Source: the human T2T-CHM13v2.0 reference genome, Homo sapiens
Assembly (NCBI RefSeq): GCF_009914755.1
Contig: NC_060925.1
DNA: 64,000 bases
Reading direction: 5' to 3' (one strand)
Under the pieces are notes generated by a model. It was not told the DNA's origin and did not search any database. It worked only from the letters and a program-made list of their open reading frames with translations. How positions within the stretch are numbered: the first letter of the stretch is position 1; every line of letters starts with the position of its first letter. Positions 15,863-27,204 of the stretch are shown here, piece after piece. A program made the position numbers and the translations under genes.

Positions 15863-17930
15863 ACTAAACCTTTCAGATAAAGACTTCTCACTTTTTGAAA
15901 ACTGACAGACAAAACAGATTTGGGGGAAACGGATTTGACTGTCTTCTAAAAATTATAACCACATAATCTTTCATTAAAACCTACATATTCAAAATAGTCA
16001 TCAAACCACGTCAGTCAAACATTTTATCTAATCATTTTAAAAGAGGAAGTATCTTTGATATAGTAATGGATTCTCCCTTTTCCTTTTTATCATCTTCTTC
16101 CTCTTCCTTGTCCCTCAAATCCTCTGCCTATTTTTGTAAAAGAACTATCTTTATAGAACGAAGTCCACACATATTTCCCTCTGATTTCTATTATTTGACT
16201 TTTGAGTCCAGATTAAGAATGGCAAAGAGACCATGTAGTAAATGTGCAGTGAATAAGTGGACAGGTGGTAGGAATCAGGAAATGAAACACTGCTCTCACC
16301 CAGGGTTTGGCAAAATCTCTGGAAGGCCCAAATAAAGGGTATTTCCTTTCTTCCCACTTGAGCCCTATTATCAAACCACTACACTTTAAAAACATCATCA
16401 TTTTTTGTAACTTTAAAAATGGTCTTTGCAGTATAACTTGATCAAAAGGCATGCACTAAAAAGATTGGGGAGAAAAAACAAGTTTGTGCAATTAATAATA
16501 TAGTTACTAAGCCATGCATTTCTGCCATCTGAAGTTTCTTGTTTCTATGAAAACTCACCTAGAGCCACCACCGACTTTACATTAGTAAACTAAGTCCAGT
16601 ACATTTTCCTCACAGAATGAAATCCCAAATATTGCCTCACTTTTTCATGTTAGCCCGTTCCGTATAATTTTCATGAATTCTTAAAGGCATGACCATGCTT
16701 ATAGACAGGATGATTTCCTCATAAAAGTCATGATCACAGATTTAAGTCTAAAGAAGAATATGATCATAAGTATATGCAAATAAGAATAAACATAATGGAC
16801 TCCTTTATAGTTTACCACCCAGAAATAGATATGTTCACATGACCATCTTCTATATGTTTATTATCTTCTCAGTGAAGGAGATCTGTAATAATATTACATG
16901 AAAACAAGCTATTATTTAGTATTTAAAATGCATTGTTTCACAATTGTTTGAGAGAATACAATTTGGTAGCTGATTTTGATGATTCAGATAGCTAGAGTAC
17001 TACATGCTTTTATAATTCTTAATTTGAACTCTGTAAAAACATTGACAGTCATAAACTACTACAAATATTTGAAAAAAGGTGACTTTCAGGAGATCAAGGA
17101 CTTCATCTGTTTTGTTCAGTGCTGTATTACCAGTAACCAGAAGTTTCCTTGTATATAACAGATGCTCAGTAAATATTTATTTTTTTATCCCCCAAATGGT
17201 CTTCAAGTAAACTTATTGAATGCATGCATGAACAATGAATGAAAAATCCTTGATATTTTGCCCAAAATGGGCTGTCCAAGCCAACTAGAATATTAATTAT
17301 GTAAAATTGTGTTAAGTTACACTACTTACTTCATGCTAAGGATCAATATAGGGTATTTGACAAAATAATTTTAGGAAGTACTAAAGGTAGATACATTTTT
17401 TCAAAACAGGGTTTTATGAGAAGAAAGAAAAGGAATTTATTTTATAATGAACATACTGGGAATTCTAGATTAAGAAAATATTTTTCCTTAATGACCTCAT
17501 CAGATTAAAATTCTAAAGAAGAAATTGCATGACTTAGTTTCAAGATACAGAAGGAGATTTCATCCTGTGAACGTGTGACCCAACAGTAATAGGGAAACCT
17601 TGAACTTTAAGAAATTCTTTAGCTGAAATATAAATCCAGGGCTAACTGTGCTACGATTATTTGCTTCCTACCACATTCTAGGTATCCTTGAGGACTTTGC
17701 ATTGCAATTTTCCTCCCCTCTTACATAATTTCCTTGGCTCGGACTGTTCTCCCTTCACACTTTACGCTCATCCATCAGTGAGCCCTTGATACTGATGGGA
17801 GCTACCGCTTTAGGTATTTGGGAGAGATAACAGGCTTATAGCCCCTAGTCCAGGCTGTTTTCCTGCCTAACAATGCTGACTCACCAAAATCCAATGTCTT
17901 CTTCAAAGCCCCAATTCCAGGGACATCTCT

Positions 17931-18325
17931 TGTCATGGTTAATTTTATGTGTCAATTTGGCTAGGCCACGATATCCATATATTTGGTCATTTTTCTAGAT
18001 GCTTCTGTGAAGGTATTTTTTGATGAGATTAACACATTTAAATCAGTAGACTTTGAGTAAAGCAGAATGCTTGTCACAATATGAATGGGTCTCGTCCAAT
18101 CAGTTGAAGGTCTTACAGAGAAAAGATGGACCACGCAGAAGGAAGAATTTGTGTTTGGACTTGAACTGCAATCTTCCCTGGGTCTCCAGCCTGCTGGCCT
18201 GCCCTGCAGATTTTGCATTTGTCAAGTCTCTCCATTTATGTGAGCCAATTCCTTAAAATAAGTTTCTCTCCCTATTTACATATACATCTCATTAGTTCTG
18301 TTTCTCTGGAGATCACTGAATAATG
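17931..18325 (+). mobile_element. MLT2-family (ERVL) solo LTR
   Basis: Starts TGTCATGGTTAATTTTATGTGTCAATTTGGCTAGGCCA, ends ...TTAGTTCTGTTTCTCTGGAGA..CTGAATAAT. Confidence 0.88.
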
Positions 18326-18909
18326 CCCGTCTCCAAAGCTCCTCCTTATCATTCCACCCATGAAAGGTACCTTCAGCTGGCATCCAACACATACTAATAT
18401 GTTGCTCAAATATTTTTATGTGACCATCTAATCTACCCAAATAGATTGAAAACCCCATTCAGGACAGGACTGACATCTTGTGCCACTCTATATCTTGCAG
18501 AATACCTTATACTTTGAAAATAATTAATGTGTTGAATGAATGCCCAGAGGTGAGTCTGGAAGGCAAAGGAGGCTTCTAAGGCAAGAAGGAAAGAGGAAAA
18601 GGGAGATACTTCAAGTACTGCAAAGAGCAGAGGAAGAAGTGAGAAACCCAGGGTGTCCAGAGACATTGAACGGCACAGACAAGTAAAATAGGGCTATGTA
18701 AGGAAGCAGAAGACAAAAAGGAAGACAGAGGCTTGCCATGCTTCAAATGCCTCTGGATGTCTGTCTTTATCTTCTAAGCAATGGTAAGACATTATGTATT
18801 TTTGACAAAGGAAGGAAAATGATGAAAGCAATCCTTTAGAAGGATGCTTTAGAGTTGGTATGTACACCACATTATATAAATGGGTGGTACAGATACAAAT
18901 TGGGAGGTC

Positions 18910-19440
18910 AAATAATAATGATGATAGTGTTAGGTACTACAAAGTGTGCTTTTCTGTTTATTAACCAGTATAATCTTCACAAGAGCTTCTGTTCATGGAG
19001 AAACTGAGTCTTAAGAAGGATAAATAACTCACCTGAACATACAAAGAGTGAATGGCAGAGCAGAATTCAAATCCAAGTCTGTCTGACTGTAAAGCCTGTG
19101 CTCTTTACCATTTCGTTATATTTAAGGCTGGAGGTAAGAAGACATAAATTGGGGGCACAGCGGACTAGAATGGATTTAACTGGAAAGGTACGGCACATAG
19201 TGGTAAATGTGTGGATTCTGGAGCTACACTGTGTAGGCTTGGATCACAGCTCTGTCATGTACTCAAACTGTGCGGGCAAGTTACTCAACCTCTCTGTGCC
19301 TTAGTTTCCTATTCTGTGAAATCAGAATAATAGTACTAACTCAAAAAGTTGTTACAAGGGCTAAATGGGTTAATATGGATGAAGAGCTTAGAATTGTGCT
19401 TGGCCATAAACACTCATGAAATGTCAGGAGTCATCATTGT
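18910..19440. mobile_element. Two MIR elements in opposite orientation (~18910-19110 minus, ~19185-19440 plus)
   Basis: MIR core motifs GAGAAACTGAG...GGCAGAGCAGAATTCAAATCCAAGTCTGTCTGACT and GGGCAAGTTACTCAACCTCTCTGTGCCTTAGTTTCC. Confidence 0.75.
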
Positions 19441-19457
19441 TAATATTAAGAAAGATC

Positions 19458-19762
19458 AGCCAAGCGCAGTGGCTCACGCCTATAATCCTAGCACTTTGGG
19501 AGGCCAAGGCAGAAGGATTGCTTGAGCCCAGGAGTTCAAGACCAACCTGAGCAATACAGTGAGATCTTGTATCTACAAAAAAGTTTTTAAAAAATTAGCC
19601 AGGCATGGTGGCACATGCCTGTAGTCCCAGCTACACCCAGGCTGAGGTAGGAGGATCTCCTGGGCCAGGAACTATGGGCCAGGAGGCTTCAGTGAGCTAT
19701 GATTGCAACACTGCACTACAGCCTGGATGAAAGAACAAGACCCTGTCTCAAGAAAAAAAAAA
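19458..19762 (+). mobile_element. AluJ-like
   Basis: GGATTGCTTGAGCCCAGGAGTTCAAG J-type left arm, poly(A). Confidence 0.93.
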
Positions 19763-19974
19763 TCAGTAGGATTTGCAACTAAATAAATGCCACAATACTT
19801 GCTTTTATGATTACTGATATCCCTTGAGAGCCTCAAACATAAAAGGTACTTAACATTTGTTTAATGAATAACAAATTCAATACAGAAAGAAAGAAAAAAG
19901 AAACATAAGACCAAGTATTTAAGATTTCTCAGCCTTACAATTTGCTTTTCATTTCGCTGGCAGTAATACAATTT

Positions 19975-20815
19975 TTGGAAAACTACTAACTAGCATATGC
20001 ATATTCAGCAGAAATAAGTACATTCATGAGAGCCTGTGTGAGACTGTCCATAAGACATGTACTAGAAATGTTCACAGCAACACAGTTCCATTTGTAATAG
20101 CTCCCAAATGTAAACAATTCAAATGTCCTTTGTAGAATGGGTAAATTGTAATGTATGTCTTCCTTTGATAGAATATTAAGCAGCAATGAAAATGAATGAT
20201 CTCTATACACAACAATATAGATGACTCACAAAATGTTGATCAATGAAGTAAGACATCAAAGAGCATATACTGTATTACTCTACCTAAAAAGTTTTTTTTT
20301 AAAAGAAAAGCAAAACTAATATATGATATTAGAATTCAGGATCATGGTTATCCTGATCCATAAACACTGAGAGGGAGCACAATGAAGGATTCTGAGTGGC
20401 TGGTGATGCTCTGATTCTTGAACTAGTGACTGACTGCATGGGTGTGTTCACTTTACAAAGATTCATTGAGCTGTACACTTTTCTTACAGTCTCATCTGTC
20501 GCCCAGGCTGGAGTGCAGTGGCACGATCTCGGTTCACTGCAAGCTCTGCCTCCCAGGTTCACACCATTCTCCTGCCTCAGCCTCCTGAGTAGCTAGGACT
20601 ACAGGCGCCCACCACCACGCCCGGCTATTTTTTTGTATTTTTAGTAGAGACAGGGTTTCCCAGTGTTTGCCAGGATGGTCTTCATCTCCTGACCTCATGA
20701 TCCATCCACCTCAGCCTCCCAAAGTGCTGGGATTACAGGTGTGAGCCCGGCCTCACTTTTCATTTTTGCACTTGTCTGTGCATATGTTATATTTCACCAA
20801 AAAGCCTATCTTAAA
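19975..20815 (+). mobile_element. Old L1M (L1ME-like) 3' fragment interrupted by an Alu
   Basis: ATGTACTAGAAATGTTCACAGCA..., ATGGGTGTGTTCACTTTACAAAGATTCATTGAGCTGTACACTT, resuming after the Alu as TTTTGCACTTGTCTGTGCATATGTTATATTTCA. Confidence 0.75.
20483..20752 (-). mobile_element. Alu (AluY-like), almost tail-less
   Basis: CACTGCAAGCTC, GTTCACACCATTCTCC, CAGGATGGTCT diagnostics. CACTTTTC at both ends. Confidence 0.9.
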
Positions 20816-21362
20816 AAATGACTACTAGCACAAAGACAACAATTTGACTCCAAGTATGGAAATGTCTACCAAGCAGAGGTGGAGCTTGAAGAAACTGGCA
20901 GGGTCTAGTGTAACAAATGACATGAGGAAGTGGGGGGCTCTGGTGACAGATTTGCAATTTGTGACAGTGAAAGAATCTTAGAGCTACTTATAGAAAAATG
21001 GGATATTTAAGGGAGGATTTAAAATCAAGAGAAGGCAGCAAGTAACTAACAGTTCATCACTGTCTACCTTTCTGATTCCTACAAGGATTGATTGAGCCAG
21101 AGTATTGTGGGTAGAGATGATTGACAAATAGTCGTCATCACCACTCTGAGGACACTGAAGCAAGAATGTAACAACAAGCAGAGGGGCCATAAATATACGC
21201 TTAAGAAAAAGGTTGTATTCTGCTTATACGTCCAGTTCCCAGCACACAGCAGATATTCAATATATAAACGAATGAATGACTGTCTTCTGTCAGCAAGAAA
21301 TCAAGAATAAAATGTGGGTAAATGGTACAAAGTTAGGCCACATCTGTCAAAAATTACTTCTA

Positions 21363-21478
21363 GAGCTGGGCGTGGTAGCTCATGCCTGTAGCTCTAGCAC
21401 TTTGAGAGGCTGAGGCAGGACGACTGCTTGAGCCGAGGGGTTCTAGACCAGCCTGGGCAACATAGTGAGACATTATTT

Positions 21479-21531
<53 letters not shown>

Positions 21532-21705
21532 CAAAAAATTTAGCCAGGCATGGTGGTGCATGCCTGTGCTCCCAGTTACTTGGGAGGCTGAGGTGGGAGG
21601 TTCACTTGAGCCCAGGAGTTTAGGGCTGCAGTGAGCTGTGATTGTGCCACTGTACTCCAGCCTGGGCAACAGAGTAAGACCCTGTCTCAAGAAAAACCCA
21701 AAAAA
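21363..21705 (+). mobile_element. AluJ-like with (CA)24 microsatellite in the middle linker (21480-21527)
   Basis: Both arms present with a perfect CA tract between them. Confidence 0.93.
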
Positions 21706-22567
21706 GTACTTCTAAAGGCTAAAGACAATTGAGCTGTATTGCACAGCAAATATAAAGAGGGAAAAAATTAGAAGGACAGGGTTCCAGTAAATTGGAGATT
21801 GCAAGATGAAAATAGGCAGGTCAGAGATGAGATAAGGTGAAGGTCACCAAAAGCCAAGGAAAGAGAGGATTTTGAGGAGTGGGCTCTCCATGTCTAACGT
21901 TGTCTAAAAGTGAGAAAAGGCCCCTGGCCCAGGGCTGGCAGTGTCCTCTGGTAACCTTCAAGAGGCAAATATAAGCAAAATCAACGATGGACATGCTTTT
22001 TCAAGGACTCAAGAAGGAACAGATAAAAACTGATGAAAGCAATGAGTAAGTTAACAGAAAGTGAATCAAAAGAAAAAAAAAAGAAAAGGCATCCAATGGT
22101 AGTAGAGATATTAAATAGTAATTAGGAAGTATAAAAGTGTGAAATATTTTGTGGTTAATTTTTAATATAGAAAAAGCAAAGTGTGGTTGGAAATCAAAAG
22201 CAAGGAATCTATGAGAAGCAGATATTAAAGATATTTGAAAATTACATGAAATTGGAGTCGCCCTGGATGAAGTGTTGAGGACCCAGAGAAAAGGTGGAAG
22301 AACCGAGAGCAGAATAGGGAGTCGGTCTTTGGGCTGCACACAGGGTGGGAGAGGGACCCACGGCGAAACATGTTTAGTGGAGGATGTGGCACAGGATGCC
22401 ATTCCAAAAGCACATGCCTGGACTTCTTTGCCCTGGTCAATAATCATGTGACTATGAGACTGGTTTCTTGAAAGAGGGATTCAATTTGATGATTTGTAAC
22501 GCCCTTATCCTTACAAAATTCTGTTTCTTAAGTGAAAGCCACAAGAGGAGAATCTGTACAATGCCCA

Positions 22568-22648
22568 TGTGAATTTGTATTGGGCTGCATTCAAAGCCAT
22601 CCTAGGCTGCATGTGGCCCGCAGGCTGCGGGTTGCACAAACTTGATCT
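22568..22648 (+). mobile_element. MER30-like hAT-Charlie MITE fragment
   Basis: TTGGGCTGCATTCAAAGCCATCCTAGGCTGCATGTGGCCCGCAGGCTGCGGGTTGCACAAACTTG. Confidence 0.75.
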
Positions 22649-22797
22649 AGACAATTAAAAATATAGGAGTACTTCATTCCCGTTATCAAAAGTGAAATTG
22701 ATTCCCCCTCACCTACTTTAATGCTCTCTAATCAATTATTTATATATTGGGCCAGGATGAAAAGAAGTAAAATGGTTCAGTCCGGTAGTGTGTCTGC

Positions 22798-22830
22798 TGT
22801 GTGTGTGTGTGCGTGTGTGTGTGTGTGTGT
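22798..22830 (+). repeat. (TG)n microsatellite
   Basis: About 16 TG units with one CG interruption. Confidence 0.95.
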
Positions 22831-23100
22831 TGAGATAAAATGCAAGTATCACAGAGCAACAGGCAACAATATCCGTAATTCAACCCACCATTCTTCTTTA
22901 GATGTTCAAAGCTTTAAATGAAGTTCTAATCATATTCTAGTTATAATTATGTTATAATTATGCAATGTCCTAAATTAGAAAATAATCATTTTAAACCAGA
23001 AAGGAAAAATGCCTGCTTTAGAGTATAATGGTTAAATAGTTCATGAAACCCTTTAAAAAAAAAAGTATTCAGTGAACTGGGTGTAAACAATACAGATTTT

Positions 23101-23969
23101 CAAATTAACAAGGAAAAAACAAACAATCCCATTAAAAAGTGGGCAAAGGACATGAATACTTTTCAGAAGAAGACATATATGTGGCCAACAAGCATAAGAA
23201 AAAATGCTCATCACCACTAATCATTACAGAAATGCAAATCAAAACCACCATGAGGTATACACCACCTTACATCAGTCAGAATGGCTATTATTAAAAAGTC
23301 AAAAAATAACTGAGAAAAGGGAATGCTTATACACTGCTGGTGGGAATGTAAATTAGTCATGGTAAATCAGCCATGGTAGAAAGCAGTTTGGCGATTTCTC
23401 AAAGAACTTAAGGCAGAATTTCCATTCGACCCAGCAATCTCATTATGGGGTATATACCCAAAGCAATATAAATCATTCCATTATAAAGACACATGCACAT
23501 GTACGTTCACTGCAGCACCATTCACAATAGCAAAGACATGGAATCAACCTAAATATCCATCGGTGGTAGACTGGATAAAGAAAATATGTTACATATACAC
23601 CATGGAATACTATGCAGCCACAAAAAATGACAAGATCATGTCCTCTGCAGCAACATGGATGCAGGTGGAGGTCATTATCCTAAGTGAGCTAACATAGGAA
23701 CAGAAAACCAAATACCGCATGTTCTCACTTTTAAGTGGGAGCTAAACATCTAGAACACATGGGCACAAAGAAGGGAATAACAAACACCAGGGCCTACTTG
23801 AGGATGGAGGGTGAGAGGAGGGTAAGGATTGAAAAACTACTTATCAGGTGCTATGCTTATTGCCCGGGTGATGAAATAATCTGTACACTAAACTCCCGTG
23901 ACACACAATTTACCTATATAACAAACCCACACGTATACCCCTGTATCTAAAATAAAGTTAAAAAAAAAT
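23101..23969 (+). mobile_element. L1PA (old primate, L1PA13-16-like) 5'-truncated 3' end
   Basis: CCCATTAAAAAGTGGGCAAAGGACATGAA, GAAATGCAAATCAAAACCAC, CATGTTCTCACTT..AAGTGGGAGCTAAAC, ends AAATAAAGTTAAAAAAAAA. Confidence 0.95.
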
Positions 23970-24071
23970 ACAGTTTTCTTTTACCTGCCATTTGCCAACT
24001 TGTGGTGGATAAAATATTTTGAAACCATATTTTTTCAAGTAAGTGTGAGATTTTTGGTTAAAGACAGTTAG

Positions 24072-24378
<307 letters not shown>

Positions 24379-25479
24379 TCAGAATATTAGCTCTCAGGAT
24401 AATGCTTTTCAAGTACTCTTAACAAGAGTCAGCACATCACAAAATCATGGGTGTGCTTGTATGCATGCAAATGCAACACACAAAATCTCTCAATGTATAT
24501 AGTAAGGAAGTAGTCACAGATGTCTGGAAAATTAAGATAACTGCTATCTAGAACCAAGCCTCTCTGTATTTTTTTTTTTTTTTACTTAAATATAGTGTAC
24601 TTCTAGTTGGTAGTTGAAATCAAGTATTTCATGAACCAGTGCCAGAAATAATATTTTTTCAAATAACTGATAATGGAAAGAAATAATGTTTTCACAACCT
24701 TGAATTTTATTTGGCTGAAATTATTTTATTTTTTTCTTAATTTACCTATTATTTCATCTTACACTTACCTAAATGCAGTAAATATCAATAAATCAGACAG
24801 TGGCAAAAGAATTACTGAAATCCATATGTAGAATTCTCAGTTTTGCAAAATTCTCACTTTAAAAATTAAAATTCAATCTGTAACTTCAAAGCCTGCAGAA
24901 ACAGTGGGAAGTTGTGTTTAAGGTTTTAGGGTCCTAGAGTAGTATAATTCAGGCCAGTTTTTATTATTCTTATAGGAATAATAAATTTAATAATAAATAA
25001 AGGATGCACAAAAGGCTAAATTCTTATGCAATAAATAGTATTTAATATATCCCCTAAACCTATTTATGAGATGTATTACTCATTATATTATGCATAATCT
25101 ATTGTGCATTACAGAAGTTGAACTACCTAGAAGGCTAAAATATTCTGAAAGAGAGGAAATACAATCAAACTGTACAAAATTGCTACAGAAGAACCTTGGA
25201 TTCTCCATTCTGTTCCTTCTAGGATCCCCAGGAAGACGCCCACAATTTTTCTACTAAATAAGACCACGCCATCTATTCTCTAAATTCCTCAGCCTGAACC
25301 AAATGTTTTAAGCTTTGCAACTCTTTAATTCCTTCCCAGTTCCCCAAAATCCCCCCTGAGATTCTCCAACATCCATCTACTAACAGAAAAGACCAGCTAC
25401 AGCTGAAAAGACATCAGGATACGGTTGTCTTCCATTTAACCAAACTTAAATGATAAGAATCACCCATGGCAATGATCAA

Positions 25480-25590
25480 AAACAGATTTTGATTCAGGGA
25501 GTCAGGACTGGGGTACAATAACCTACATATTTTTTAAAATGCCATAGGCAATACTGATGCACGTAGTGTGAAGACCACACTCAAAGAACC
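25480..25590. mobile_element. MER5A-like hAT fragment
   Basis: GATTTTGATTCAG..., CTGATGCAC...GACCACACT..AGAACCA resembles the MER5A terminus. A similar fragment lies at ~36150-36252. Confidence 0.5.
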
Positions 25591-26225
25591 AACAGGCTCC
25601 CAATGTCTTATTTTTATTTTTTAAATAACTGTCACTCATCAGGAGTCTATCATCTCTTTAAATAATCTTTCACTGGAATCTGTTTATCTTTTCAGACTAC
25701 AGTCTCTTCAAGTTACAAGTACTGTGAGATTACCATTGGGTCAGCCTGGCCCGTCCTGTGGCAGCCAACCTGGCTTCCCTGTTCTGAACAGCTGCTCTGA
25801 CCATCTGGGAAGCTGTGAGGCAAGGCCCGCTTTATCCTGTCTCCTTGCTCGGGCCTGATAACCTTAGCCTTCCTACACTCGGCACAGGACAAAGCACCAG
25901 GCCGCGTCCTCTGCAGCAGATCTGCTCCCTCATATGGGACTGGAATGAGGGTGGGGAACCTCCCTGGGAATACATGTCTATGATAATAACACAAAATGTT
26001 TGCTTAAATTATTGTTTGCAATTCCACTTTTGGGAATTGCCTGAGGGAATTAGGGACAAATTTGAAGTTATCTTCAATAATATCAAATCATTTGTTTTGA
26101 GGGAGTAATTCTGAATTTTGGAAATCGCCAGTCAGTACAAAATTTGTACTCAGTAGAGTTTCTAGTAGGGTATGGTTTACAGTGATTTGGGTTTTACTAA
26201 TCATTAATAATGTACGAAGCCTCAC

Positions 26226-26325
26226 AGTGGCATTGTAATGTCTCAACCTGACTAGGCTGCACTCCATTTCCCAGAATGTTCTTCCCCTATGTTTCTGGTT
26301 AGTGTGGGTCACAGAGAATCTTCTG
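26226..26325 (+). mobile_element. ERVL-class LTR 5' fragment (subfamily uncertain)
   Basis: TGTCTCAACCTGACTAGGCTGCACTCCATTTCCCAGAATGTTCTTCCCCTATGTTTCTGGTTAG resembles LTR40/LTR41-type starts. Confidence 0.4.
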
Positions 26326-27184
26326 CCAGGTGACTGATACCAGCACAGCTCTCTGAGGGATGCAGCAGTTTCCTGCTACCTTCTAGTATATCTTTTCATT
26401 TAAAAAAAACAAATATTATTTGAAGACCTACTATATGCTAAGCACAATGGCAAATGCTTTCTGAACTCATCCTTACAATAGCTATGCTAGCATCATCTCC
26501 TGATTCTAAACACAAGAACTTAATTTTGGGGAGTTTACAGAGCCTGACCAAGAAACAAACACCAGAGAGTGAGGTCTTCAAGTCTGTTCTCCTTCTTTTT
26601 CCTTTTTTTCCCCCTACTTCCCACATTAATGTATGTTCTCCTTTGTAGTGTTTTTTTTATTGTTTTATTTCCAGCTATTATTTTCCTTGAAGATTAAACC
26701 AAAAAATACTAGTTCTTTGCTGATTCCAACAATCATTCAAAACATACAGAGCTCTAGCAGATACATAACTTGCTTCAAATTTTCCATCAGTATCCTCATC
26801 AGTAGCTATCTTTTCACGGTTGGCCATTTTATTTCAAGGATCCAAATTACCGACCTTTTTCATGTTTTCCTTAGTTAGACCTATGGGTTTCTCACATTAG
26901 TCACTGTCATAAACATCTATCTTTTCTACCTTCTTCAAAACATTTATGCTGGTCAAAAGCATTTGCTTCCAACATTGCTTCATCTCTGTGATTTTCTACT
27001 AAAGGACCATGTGTCTAACTCGCATTTCAGTTAAACTTACGTCAAAGTTGCTGGGATTTGCTCTGAATAACGGTAACTCATTTTTATGCTGGCAGCAAAC
27101 GTCAGGCGAAATGTCTACTCACTCTCCCCAGCTGCAAGCACAAGATTGACGAGCTGACCTTGAGAGTTAGGAGGCTGTAAACCG

Positions 27185-27204
27185 AAACATGTTGCAACAT
27201 GTCC
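27185..27204. promoter_or_regulatory. Candidate p53/p63/p73 response element AAACATGTTG CAACATGTCC
   Basis: 18/20 match to RRRCWWGYYY x2, no spacer, both cores CATG, in non-repeat CpG-retaining sequence. Confidence 0.75.

Noticed and set aside
18849-18897. Imperfect hairpin that might be a pre-miRNA
   Set aside because: The stem is short and bulged, well below pre-miRNA length, with no recognisable miRNA sequence.
23101-23969. Potentially active L1
   Set aside because: Only ~0.9 kb of 3' end, internally deleted, no intact ORF2.
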